Shown piece by piece: positions 18,806-31,968 of a stretch of DNA of 64,000 bases. The DNA is from Candidatus Spongiisociaceae bacterium. Lineage in GTDB: Bacteria; Actinomycetota; Acidimicrobiia; Spongiisociales; Spongiisociaceae. Position 1 is the first letter of the stretch. Each line of letters opens with the position of its first letter. The notes under the pieces are model-generated. The model saw only the letters and a list, made by a program, of their open reading frames with translations, was not told where the DNA came from and searched no databases. The position numbers and the translations under genes were made by a program. The DNA lies in assembly GCA_965262915.1 (NCBI GenBank), contig OZ253564.1, positions 1,472,001 through 1,536,000 on the forward strand, written 5' to 3'.

Positions 18806-19577
18806 CACACCTCTCTGCCTACCTACGCCGGCTAGACCAGCACCCCGTCAACGCCTCGGCTGCTCAAGCTCTTCGAGGGCCAACGTGGCTATGAAAACAT
18901 CGGGGGAGGAACCCTGTACGCAGCACAGGGACGTGGGTGAAATACTGTCAGTTCGGTCCCGCTACAACGAACGCCCACGGTCGAGGAACATCGTGAGCGT
19001 GCGGCTCCCGGCGGGGCTTCTTCTCTGGAGTCTGTCCACGAGAGCACTCTCGCGGACTCGATTTCTCTCCCTTCCGCTGGGGGCTCGGCCGGCCGCCGAC
19101 AGCGGTTACCGGTCCGGTGGTCTCACTAGCCTTAGCGGTTCCGTTTGGGTGGGTGTCGGTTGGGGGAGTGGAGGCGGCAGTGGTCGGCCGGGTTGTAGAT
19201 GGATAGGCGTGCTGTGCAGCTGTCGGTGGCGCAGCGGCGGCCGGGGGGATATGTGGGTGGTGGTCGGCCTTTGGGGGGTAGGACTCTGGTCATAGGGGGT
19301 TGACGGTACCCGGGAGCGGTTTCCGCTGACGGCCGGCGGCATCGGAGTATCCCTCCGTCGGGGGGCTGAGGGATCAGCCGGGCGGGCTGTTGGGGAGCTT
19401 CCGTCTCAGGTCTGCGCCGGGTGACTCGGGCGTTAGGGAGCGGGGGAACGGAGAGTCTGTAGCCTATCGTTGACTAGCGCTGTGTGGTGTATATTCAAAC
19501 GTGGGTGGGCGGGTTTATGCACGGGGCTGGCCGGCTGTTGCCGAAACCGGCTTTTACACCAACGCGATAATATAACG

Positions 19578-19943
19578 AACATCGAAACAGCCGCCCGCAA
19601 GCTGAGGCAGGGCGCGCAGGTGCGGGAAGGTCTCATCGTGGAAGAGGTTGAGGAGTTCGACTACGACCGTAGCCTCGGCACCAACGCCGAGGAGTTGGCC
19701 CTGTCTGTCCAGTTCACGGTCGGTGTGGTTGTGAGGCGTGCTCGGGTGCTTCGTACCCGAGCCCGGTTCGATGAGTGGGCGGCCACTATCCGGGTGGATA
19801 CAGATCCTGAGTTGGTGGACCGTGAACAGTTGCTGACCTGGTTGGACATTGGGGGGCGTCGTATCGGGGTGGGGAATTGGCGGCCGGAGAAGTCAGGCCA
19901 GTTCGGACGGTTCGAGGTCAAAAACATACAAACCATCTCATAG
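19578..19943 (+). pseudogene. Phage-type RAMP/Cas7-like protein, C-terminal ~120 aa (N-terminus apparently missing)
   Basis: AARKLRQG..VVVRRARVLRTRARFDEW..L..GGRRIGVGNWRPEKSGQFGRFEV, a Gly-rich C-terminal loop. The upstream part of ORF 19470 overlaps a non-coding repeat. Confidence 0.6.
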
Positions 19944-19954
19944 CGAAGACAGAC

Positions 19955-20098
19955 AGCGTGGCGTGGCTTCGCCTGGCAGGGCTGGGCTCGGCGCCGCACC
20001 GCAGAGCGTGGCTCCGCACCGCACCGAAACCGGACAGGGCCGGGGACAGTGACACACCCTGGGAAACCCGGGTTGGCCACACCCCCCGCCCCGTCCGG
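19955..20098 (+). ncRNA. Putative guide-like RNA: 14 phased (G/C/A)GC-NN pentamers plus 3' hairpin
   Basis: AGCGT GGCGT GGCTT CGCCT GGCAG GGCTG GGCTC GGCGC CGCAC CGCAG AGCGT GGCTC CGCAC CGCAC (19955-20024), followed by a stem-loop at 20030-20098. Transcription is not shown. Confidence 0.55.
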
Positions 20099-20449
20099 TC
20101 AACAGCCCTGAAGTGAACCGTACCGGGTTTCCCAGAGAGTGTTTTACTTGAGTCCAGCTAGCTGGACTCGGTTCTGCTCACGATGGTAGTTGGCCTCCTT
20201 TTCTGCTGGTGGGATGTCTCCGATGGGTTCGAGGAGCCGGCGGTGGTTGAACCAGTCGACGTATTCGAGGGTGGCGTACTCGACTTGGTCGAGGTCCTTC
20301 CACGGAGCGCGTTTGTGGATGAGTTCTGTCTTGTATAGGCCGATGACGGATTCGGCGAGGGCGTTGTCGTAGGAATCCCCAACCGAGCCGACTGATGGTT
20401 CGATGCCGGCTTCGGTGAGCCGGTTCGTGTAGCGAATGGACAGATATTG

Positions 20450-22859
<2,410 letters not shown>

Positions 22860-23129
22860 CTAATCGAGTCTCCGGAAAACCCGGTGCGGTTCAAAGAACC
22901 CTTTGACATCCCGCCGGCGGTGTCACGGAAGAACAACTCCCCCAAGTCTCAGACACCCCGGCGGCATTCGGCTGTCTAGCAACGTAGAGGCTGACCCAGC
23001 CCCACCGAAAGCTGATAGGCCTCCCAACTCCGACCTAGCAAGACAGGCACAGGCCCCGGCCACCCTTGGCACGTTCAATCCGCCATGTGTGGTTGACTGA
23101 TCTCATCCACCAGCATCTGCTAACAGTCC

Positions 23130-23883
23130 CGTGGGACGTATGGAGCACCGAGGGTGCACGCTGAGCTGAGGTTGGGCTATGGAATCAGGGTCGGGCACAA
23201 CGCGGCGGGGGATGCTCATGAGACGAGCCGGCCTGCAGGCCTGAGCGGGAGCCGAGGCCCCAGACGGCGGCGAATCAGACCGGTGGATACCCCAGCGGAC
23301 CTGGTCGAGAGGAACTTCGTCCGCCATCAGCCGGACCAATTATGGGTGGCCGACGTGACCGAGCATCCAACCCGAGAAGGCAGGTCTACTGCGCGGTCGT
23401 CCTCGACGTGTTCAGCCGCCGCGTCGTCGGCTGGTCTATCGACCACTCCGCCACCGCTGGGCCGCTCACCTCCGCCCTGGGTATGGCTATCCAAAACCGC
23501 CAACCGGGCTCGGAGACGGTGATCCATTCAGACCAGGGCACCCCCTACACCTCCTGGGCGTTCACGGACCGGGCGCAGCAGTCCGGGCTCGTTCCCTCGA
23601 TCGGTGTCAGTTGGGGACTGTTTCGATAACGCGTTGATTGAGTCGTTCTGGGCTCGGATGCAGGTCGAACTGTTGGACCGCCGGCGATGGCGCACCCGTA
23701 TCGAGTTGGCCAACGTGATCTTCGAATACCTCGAGATCTTCCACAACCGGCAACGACGCCACACCGCCCTAGGAATACGTTCCCCGGTCGAATACGAAAG
23801 AATCCACTGGCGCGCCGCTGATCCAAGTGAACTGACTCCACAAAACCCGGTCACCATCAGTCCACGAAAGCGGGGCAACTCCA
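23130..23883 (+). pseudogene. Degraded IS3 family OrfB with right IR
   Basis: Frameshifted DLVERNF..LWVADVTEHPT, YCAVVLDVFSRR..HSDQG, GDCFDNALIESFW. End sequence GTCCACGAAAGCGGGGCAACTCCA. Confidence 0.85.
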
Positions 23884-24101
23884 GAACCCTCGGAGGCCGG
23901 CACCCGGCCTGAAGGTTGATGCGAGGCTTCGTCCGGCACGTCCCGACTTCGTTATGCGGGCAAGCCTCGAGAGACTCAAGATCCCGGCTTTGCGGGCAAC
24001 GTTCGACTGGCCTTGCCAAACAGTGGCTGCACTCGAAGCTCGTGGTGGGTCACAGAAGATCGAAGAGGAGCAACGAACTGACGGTTACCCTTCCAGCCGG
24101 T

Positions 24102-26483
24102 ATGACAGAACCCTCTTCCACCCTTGGCTGGCACGGGTACCGGGTGGTTGGTGTCCTGTTCATGGCGGTACCAACCGCGGCCGGCCTTGCATGGTGGTTT
24201 GCCGAGACCCATAGCGGACCTCTACTTCGGGACGCTCTGACCGCTGCCCTAGTGCCTGTCGGATTCATCATCGCGTTCGGATTCGGATATGCGGGAAACA
24301 CGTTCTCCAGACGTCTTGCCCTGTATGGGTACGAAAGGGAGACACACCCGGCGATTCTCGTTCTTCTGTTCTTTGGCCTCGCTGTTGGAACAGTGGCTCT
24401 GATTCTTGTCTATCTGGCGCTCGGAGACAGAGACAACTTGTGCTTGGGTCCCTGTCGTCTCGCCGTCCCGCTTCCATGGATAAACGCGTACTGGCAGCCG
24501 CTACTGGTGGCGCATTCCACGATCGGCCAGTTAGCTACGGCAGGAGTAGGGATGGTGCTTGCGGGGTCAGTTCAGGTGCTCTTCGGTCTACTTCATCCAC
24601 GTCGGCTCGATGTGTACTCGCACAACCTCCTCCTCGGACGCCGCTTCGCTGCCCGGCTCCTTGACAGCTTGGTCCTCTTGGCGTCGACCTTCTGCATGAT
24701 CGAGTATGGCCCCGAGTTGCTCGTCGGCCGCTTCGGGCTGTCATGGACGGCCGCTCGAGTCACTCTCAGCTGTCTGCTCTTGGCGCTGCCCTTCTTATAC
24801 GAGGTCACTCCCCAGTTCGGCTGGAAGTGGTGGCTCGGGTTGCGGCTGGTAGCCCCTCCCGACGGTAGACCGGTCGCTATAGGGCGGTTAGCTGTACGGG
24901 CGCTCGTCACGTCACTTGTGTTCTCTCTCGGTATCGACGCGGCAGTTGTCCTTTGGACCATCGAAGGTTCGTATTTATTCTGGGTCATGGTCGGGCGGAT
25001 GCTGCTCCTGGTCGCTCTGATCCCAGCGGTGGTGCATCCACACGGCCAGGGATTCCATGACGTACTGCTGGGTACCCAAGTCCGCGGCGATCTCGATGGA
25101 GACACGGAACCGGGCCAGTCTTCCGAGTCCGAAGGGCTACGGCTCCGCTCCGCGGATTTCACTGCCGACGAGGACGATCCGTTCGCGAACGACCTACTGG
25201 ACCGTCAACCCCAGGTCGAGTATCTCTCCGCTGTGATCACGGCAACGGATAGCCCACTTGTGGTGATGGTTGACGCGCCGTGGGGTAGCGGCAAAACCGC
25301 ATTCCTAAGGATGTGCGCTGCCCACCTGCGACACCAAGGCGTTACTGTGGCGGAGTTCAACGCCTGGACCGACCAACATACCCAGCAGCCGCTCCTTGAC
25401 ATGGTCGGTGCGCTCTCGGCCCGCCTTCCAAAAGGGGCTGCCACCCGTATCGGGTCGGCTGCCTCGGGCCTGCTCACCCTGCTCACCACCGACCATCCCA
25501 GCCCAAGGATTGATTCGTGGGATGACCACAACCGGGCCGTGAGATCGTTCACCGAATCGTTAGCGGAAGTAGCGGCCGATCGCGGGCGTCTGGTCGTGAT
25601 CGTGGATGAGCTCGACCGTTGCCGACCTGAATACACACTCGGGATACTGGCGGACATCCACCATCTCTTCTCAGTAGACGGGGTCACGGTTCTGCTCGGC
25701 GTTAACCGTCGCCAACTATGTCACGCTGTGCAAGCCGTGTACGGACTCAGCTTCGATGCAGACTCGTATCTTAGGCGATTCGTCGATATCCCTATTAACT
25801 TGCCCTCCCCGAACCGCACAGAACTTGAAGCTTTCCTCGACCATCTGTACGCCGAATCCCGTCTTCACGGCCGGACTTCGCGTGGACTGGCCAAGTGGCC
25901 AGCTACGAGAGCCGTGCTCCGCCTGGTTATCGAGCTCAAGTCGTGTTCATTACGGGATCTGCAGCAGGCTGCCCATATCTACGCTCTAGCGCTGGTCAAG
26001 CGGGTTCCCGATGATCATCCGTACGATGTGTGGCAACTTTCGGTCGCAGCGATGGTCGTGTTGCGCGTCGCGGACCGGGACGCCTACGACCGCTTTGTAG
26101 TTGGCCAATCCGACAGCTTCGAGGCTCTGACCTCCGCTTACGCTGCTCTCGGGCCGGAACCACATCTGAGGCCTACGGACACGCTGCCCCATGGAACCCG
26201 AAGGGATCACTTCGCTGCCGCCTTGATCAACATCGGGTCGCGCGACGACTGGTGCGATACCATCAGCGGTGCTGAAGATGCGTTCGTAGAGCGGTACCGG
26301 CGCGCCCACGCTGCTCTCCCACAATCTATCGAGGGTTCTCCACGGGATTCGACACAGGCTGCCCGCGATGTCCTCAAGATTCTCTGCCATATAAGGAGTT
26401 GCTATCAGCCACTACCTGTCTGGCGCACCTTGGAAGCAGACAGACTGGCCAACTTGATCGACCTCGCTGTCGATCTCCGATGA
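24102..26483 (+). CDS. Multi-TM RDD-domain / KAP-family P-loop NTPase fusion
   Basis: RRFAARLLD..KWWLGLRLV..QGFHD (RDD); DAPWGSGKT, FNAW, VIVDELDRC, YLRRFVD (KAP). Start uncertain; ORF is open from 23916. Confidence 0.8.
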   Translation: MTEPSSTLGWHGYRVVGVLFMAVPTAAGLAWWFAETHSGPLLRDALTAALVPVGFIIAFGFGYAGNTFSRRLALYGYERETHPAILVLLFFGLAVGTVALILVYLALGDRDNLCLGPCRLAVPLPWINAYWQPLLVAHSTIGQLATAGVGMVLAGSVQVLFGLLHPRRLDVYSHNLLLGRRFAARLLDSLVLLASTFCMIEYGPELLVGRFGLSWTAARVTLSCLLLALPFLYEVTPQFGWKWWLGLRLVAPPDGRPVAIGRLAVRALVTSLVFSLGIDAAVVLWTIEGSYLFWVMVGRMLLLVALIPAVVHPHGQGFHDVLLGTQVRGDLDGDTEPGQSSESEGLRLRSADFTADEDDPFANDLLDRQPQVEYLSAVITATDSPLVVMVDAPWGSGKTAFLRMCAAHLRHQGVTVAEFNAWTDQHTQQPLLDMVGALSARLPKGAATRIGSAASGLLTLLTTDHPSPRIDSWDDHNRAVRSFTESLAEVAADRGRLVVIVDELDRCRPEYTLGILADIHHLFSVDGVTVLLGVNRRQLCHAVQAVYGLSFDADSYLRRFVDIPINLPSPNRTELEAFLDHLYAESRLHGRTSRGLAKWPATRAVLRLVIELKSCSLRDLQQAAHIYALALVKRVPDDHPYDVWQLSVAAMVVLRVADRDAYDRFVVGQSDSFEALTSAYAALGPEPHLRPTDTLPHGTRRDHFAAALINIGSRDDWCDTISGAEDAFVERYRRAHAALPQSIEGSPRDSTQAARDVLKILCHIRSCYQPLPVWRTLEADRLANLIDLAVDLR

Positions 26484-26874
26484 GCGCTAGAGATTCCACT
26501 GCGGACGTCAGTATCGAGGCTGAGCCTCCTTTCCTCGAGCAGGATGGCATTCAACTTACCCCGAAACATGGTCCGCAAGCGATACTCCGAAAACATGGTC
26601 CGAAGGTCCGAGGACCAGATGGTCGCGGCCTATACGGCCACCCCGGGCTCGGCCGGATACGTATCCATCGAGCATTTCACCGGGTCGGTCGGCGGTAGGT
26701 CGGGCTCGTTCATCCCTCCAGGACCATGGTTTGATCGAAAGAGGCGATGCCGCGCTGACGGTGATGATAGTTCCGGACTCCGGCACCGGTGAGCTGGCTG
26801 GGATCTCGGGCAGCCTCGAGATCGACAACGAGGACGTTGAACACTCCTACGTCCTCGACTTCGAGTATCGATGA
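26480..26874 (+). pseudogene. DUF3224 family protein, frameshifted
   Basis: SAGYVSIEHFTGSVGGRSGSF and IVPDSGTGELAGISGSLEI..HSYVLDF lie in different frames. Confidence 0.75.
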
Positions 26875-27374
26875 GGGAACGCTACCTCGTGATGCCGAGG
26901 GGTATCAACGTCGGTACCCGAAATCGGGTACCGATGGCGGCGCTCAGGTCTGGCTGGCGAGGGTGGGTTGCCCCGACGTGGAAACGGTTCGGGCGAGCGG
27001 GAACGTGATCGTTTCGGCCGAATCACGTCGCCCCAAAGAGGTCGCCAACATCGCTTCGACCGGTCTCGGGGATTGCAGATATCGAACGGATACATGAAGT
27101 GTTTCTGTTAAAGGGTGCTCTCCACTGTGAGTGACTTCAACCCACTCATCCCATGTTTCCACGCGCCGCCCGCAAGTTCCTCTTTGAGCTCTGGATCCAA
27201 GCGAGGGCCACGGTGATCCCAGTTCTTCTGGCCAGAACATGCGTTCGGGGTGGGAGAGTCGTCTGCAAGTTGTTGCTACCCGGTACGAACCCGAACTTGG
27301 TCCCATCCGAATTGCTGTGTGGGATAGAGTGTGGGACTTAAATCCAGGAAACAAGGGTTTAACTGGGATGTTAC

Positions 27375-27432
27375 GCGGTCTTAAACTCCGCTGCCCCTAA
27401 GGGGCGTGTGGGTTCGAATCCCACCCCGGGTA
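27375..27432 (+). tRNA. 3' fragment of tRNA-Leu (att-site-like remnant, not an intact tRNA)
   Basis: GCGGT-CTTAAAC-TCCGC anticodon arm (TAA), long variable arm GCCCCTAAGGGGC, GTGGGTTCGAATCCCAC T-arm, CCCGGGT. No D-arm or 5' acceptor strand upstream. Confidence 0.78.
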
Positions 27433-27869
27433 CTGGGTCTCCGTAACGTCTTGGACAGTTTCTCGACGTTTCAGGATCACTCATAGTCCCTGGTCAGAGG
27501 CTATTTAGTTCGAACCATCACGGACTTCAGGTAGGGTCGGAGAGCCGCACGCTCGTGTAAGCTCACGTTTCTTGATTCCTCGTGATGTTTCCGATAGTTG
27601 CTCTTCTGGGTAATTTCGGTGATCGCCATCACATCAACCCGATCCCCCGACACGAACCACCTCCCCGTGGGCTACCGTCTGCTAAGGGGTTCTGGCAAGA
27701 AGCGGCGGACAATACACTCACGGTGCTGGAAGCTCAGTCAAAGCTCCTATAAGGTCACATCCGCTTCGAGCCAACCCCGCCCCCCCGGACCGGAGGGACA
27801 GGCCGACAGATCCCCAGAAAGGCGCTCACACGCCAAATTTCGATTGGGTGGAGTTCCTCCCATGTGCTG

Positions 27870-27990
27870 GACACTTGGTTCACGCGACCGTGGCTCCTAT
27901 GGTTCGCCCCGGGTGTGCGCCGAGCTACGCCGACAAGGGCTGGTCGTGAACCACAAGCGGGTGGAACGGCTGATGAAACGCCGCCGTGAT
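27870..27990 (+). pseudogene. IS3 OrfB fragment
   Basis: GSYGSPRVCAELRRQGLVVNHKRVERLMK. Confidence 0.7.
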
Positions 27991-29126
27991 CGGGAACCAG
28001 CCACCGAACGATGGGAGGACAACTACTACCATCACACACCGGAGTCTGCCTAGATGGCCCGGATCTCGTCCACCAGAGCGGCCTCCGCCATCTGAGCAGG
28101 ACCCGGCTCCCGTCGCTTCTTGTAGGCATAATACGCGGAGGGTGACACCCCCACCACAGAACACACCAGTCTGACGGGGAACCCTTCGACCTTCTGGTCA
28201 TCGACGAAGCGATGGAGCGTCACTCGATCGACTCCCTCACCCAGAAGGACACAGTTCGTCTTAAGAGTTCACGTTCCATCCGCAGCCGAGCGTTCTCCCG
28301 CTCCAACTGCGTAGCCGTTCCCGCTCACCCCGGTTAATCTCATCCTGACGTAGCCAGTTGCCCAAGTCGAGTCACAAATTCCCAACTCCTTGGCAACCTA
28401 GCGGATCGGTTCGCTTGACCTGCGGACGATCTCCACAGCATCTCGTTTGAACTCATCCGAGAACTTCCGTCTCGGTCGTTACCTCCCAACAGGACTCCTT
28501 CCCAGCGCGCACTTCCAACTGTCGGAGACAAAGCACGCTCACTGTGGAAGTATCCGGCCACCGGGGGAACTCCAGAGCATTTTGGTCGTTCGTGACTGTG
28601 TGACTTATCTAGCGTGCCTCAGGGAAAGGGCACCTCGACAGGTGACTCCGGGGCTCTACTCCGAGCCGCCATACAGAATCGGTCGTCTGGTATTACATCG
28701 ACGTGGACGTCTCTGCCTTCGGGCTGGTGTTCGTGGTCGCTCAGCGGGAACCGACCAGGCACCCTTATCAGGTCTGCTGTCGTGAACCACCAACTATGTT
28801 AGTAACCGGATCCAATCCACTGGGCAACTACCCAACCCATTACTGACCAGCATATGTCCGTACAGCTCCCTCTGGTCCCTCCTCCGTCGTTTGTCACCCG
28901 TCCCTCGACTCGTGCGTTATCATGGGGGCCCGCTGTTTCCGACGGGTTCCGTTATTACCAGACAGCTATCGCACCGCATCTGCCCGTATCTTGCGATGTA
29001 CAGGACGGCCACACGTAGTTCGGTGGTCCACCCAAGTGCCTCTACACCGGTGCGATACGACGTGTCCGCAGTGGCCGTACCAGCAACCTAACTCGGGAGA
29101 ACCGCCCGATGGGGCAATGAGTTCCT

Positions 29127-29742
29127 TTATGCTCTGTTCTCTTTCACTAGCCAGCCAACACACCGGCCCCTCTGGTACACTCCATGTACTAGGTCCGACC
29201 TAGTCTCCTCCACCCGCTTGCCCAAGGTGACTCCGTAGAGGTGCTGGGCAAGAATCTCAATCGCAGCAAGTATTTCGTCAAGGTCTGCTTCAGGCGGATC
29301 ATGTTCATAGCCGATTGCAACAACGGCTCTATTCTGAAAATGGCCGTCTAGAGATCTCCTAGGATCAGATCCAGACAATAGTCTGGCGTCACTTAGGAGT
29401 GAATTCTCTACGTATAGGTCAAGCAATTTCTTGAGCCAGGCGTCCTCCCTCTTTCTGTTATCTCTATATGGACGCGCTAGTTTTAGTTCAAGTGCCCAGT
29501 TTGCTTCTTCTGAACCGGTGATTTCGAATCGCCAGATCAGGATGGCCCATTAGGGCGAAGTGCACCTTAACATCCTGTCCACCAATCCTCGATGTGTTGA
29601 GTTGTGCGGTAATCGTCATACACAAGCGATCTTCTGGTAGTGGACCGATTCCCGGCTTGAACTCACGATGTGTCGGCCGCTCATCGTTGTAGCTCTTCAG
29701 AATATCAGCAATAGCCTCTATTATCTGTCTCAAGTCAATCAC
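29127..29742 (-). pseudogene. PD-(D/E)XK nuclease-like protein, frameshifted at ~29525
   Basis: PGIGPLPED..HPDLAI | ..WALELKLARPYRDNRKRE..LLSDA..IGYE. Lower GC than the flanks. Confidence 0.55.
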
Positions 29743-30469
29743 AGCACCTCCTGATGGGAGCCAAGTATACAGAGGAGTTGATACCCCTTGCCTCGGGGAG
29801 TCAGTTCACTGTGATCAGTTGATGTGACGGTTCTACGGCGAATACATAAGGGATCTATATCTCTCGTGCTCTGAGATGGGCAACGCTTTAGTGGTTGGTT
29901 TCTCACCTGTGTCTGAGCCTCACTGTGCGCCATCCAAACCCACCGACCTGCGCATAATCGGCTCGCAGCGCCTTCTCAGCGCCTGAAAACGAACTGCGTA
30001 TAACAGGGAGAGGGGACGCATTGGTCGTTGGTGACTGTCGAGTTCGCGGGCAGAGTCCCACGATGCAGCACTTCGACCTATGACTCCGGGGCGAGGACTC
30101 TGTATTGTGATCGGCCATGTAGAGCGGGTCCTCTCGTGCGACACGACGCGGACTTCCTCCCTGCCGAGCCGGATGTGAATGGATGACGAGCCGCGACCCG
30201 ACCAAGCGCACGCCTCCGCCCGTCGTCGTGAACCACCAGCGAAGTATTGAATTGGATTCCAATCACTTGTTAACCATCCGTCAGCCGCTGCCGGTATCAG
30301 GCTGCTGCTTCGATCTCGGGGCGCTCCTTCACCGCTTCCAGCGGCGGGTCACTCGTGGCTTTGGCCTGGGACGGCACCGTGTTCGGTGTCTTCCCTCCCT
30401 GTTTCAGACGGAAACGGGGGGGCATAGACCCAGCAGTCCGAACTGGCGGTTGGACGATGCTCGGATGAA

Positions 30470-31163
<694 letters not shown>

Positions 31164-31167
31164 TAGT

Positions 31168-31968
31168 GTAGGGTCCGGGGCGCCCCTCCTGCTTTTCAGC
31201 TGGTGGGTTTCCCCGGCCCGCCCTCCGAACCGGACGTGCAACTTCGGGTGCATCCGGCTCTCCATGTGTTCATGCCACTGGTGGTTCAGCCTGTGTCTGC
31301 ATCACACGTACCCGCCGCCCAGCCTCTCCGAGGTCAGGCCACGGTGCGCCGGTATTCACCAGCGACCTCCGCGATCAGCAGTTCGGCTACCAACACACTG
31401 GACCCCTTCGCCATGTGACCGGCTTTCCCGGCCTCGGACTACTACGGGTCCTCCGCCCCATCCCACCGGCATCAGCCGGCAACAAGCCTTCCCGCCGACC
31501 GACAAGACGCCGGCCGGTGAGGGCACCGGGGGGATGGTTCCCACGTTCACTTTCCAACCGTTCGACAGGGTCGGCGCCCAGCTATGCCCCTGCAACATCG
31601 CCACGGCTACGCCGCAGGCCCACACCGTGGCCTCCCGGTCGGCGATATCAACCGACCAAAGAGTCACCGCACACAACAATTGCTGTGCGAGTGTGCGCTG
31701 CTACGCGGCCCTGATCCGCCAGGTTCGAGCCGCTGGGTTGTCTTGAGGAGCTTTCAGACGCTGGTTCCTCACGTACGCCTTTCTGTCTTGCTTGCCGGAC
31801 CCGGACCATCTGGCAGTACTGGTCCGTCCCATCGTTGTCAGGGCTGCTTCCCACCCAAACCCCCCGTTCCACAGGGTCCAGGCTGCCCTCAGCTTCACGC
31901 GCACGCTGCAACGAGCACGCAGCGGTGTCCTTTCACCACCGCACGGTTAGAAACGCCTCGTGGCGCTC
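31168..31968 (-). ncRNA. Group II intron lacking its RT ORF (~800 nt)
   Basis: 5' end GAGCGCCACGAGGCG; domain V GAGCCGGATGCACCCGAAGTTGCACGTCCGGTTC; domain VI ending ..CCCGGACCCTAC. Only VNTGAPWPDLGEA and ..HMESRM ORF stubs remain. Confidence 0.85.

Noticed and set aside
19550-19580. Third dif site (AACGCGATAA-TATAAC...)
   Set aside because: Only a CGATAA half-resemblance; no TTATGT arm.
19661-20116. Short ORFs over the pentamer tract (e.g. AQPCQAKPRHA, SVAWLRLAGLG)
   Set aside because: Low-complexity translations produced by the 5-nt periodicity, which is not codon-phased.
22897-23100. Continuation of the pentamer tract beyond the IS3
   Set aside because: A few GGC triplets but no sustained 5-nt phase.
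27345-27432. Intact tRNA-Leu gene
   Set aside because: No 5' acceptor strand or D-arm, and a mismatch in the anticodon stem.
28050-29120. Short ORFs in the region between IS3 fragment and nuclease remnant
   Set aside because: No recognisable motifs, RBS or consistent frame; left unannotated.
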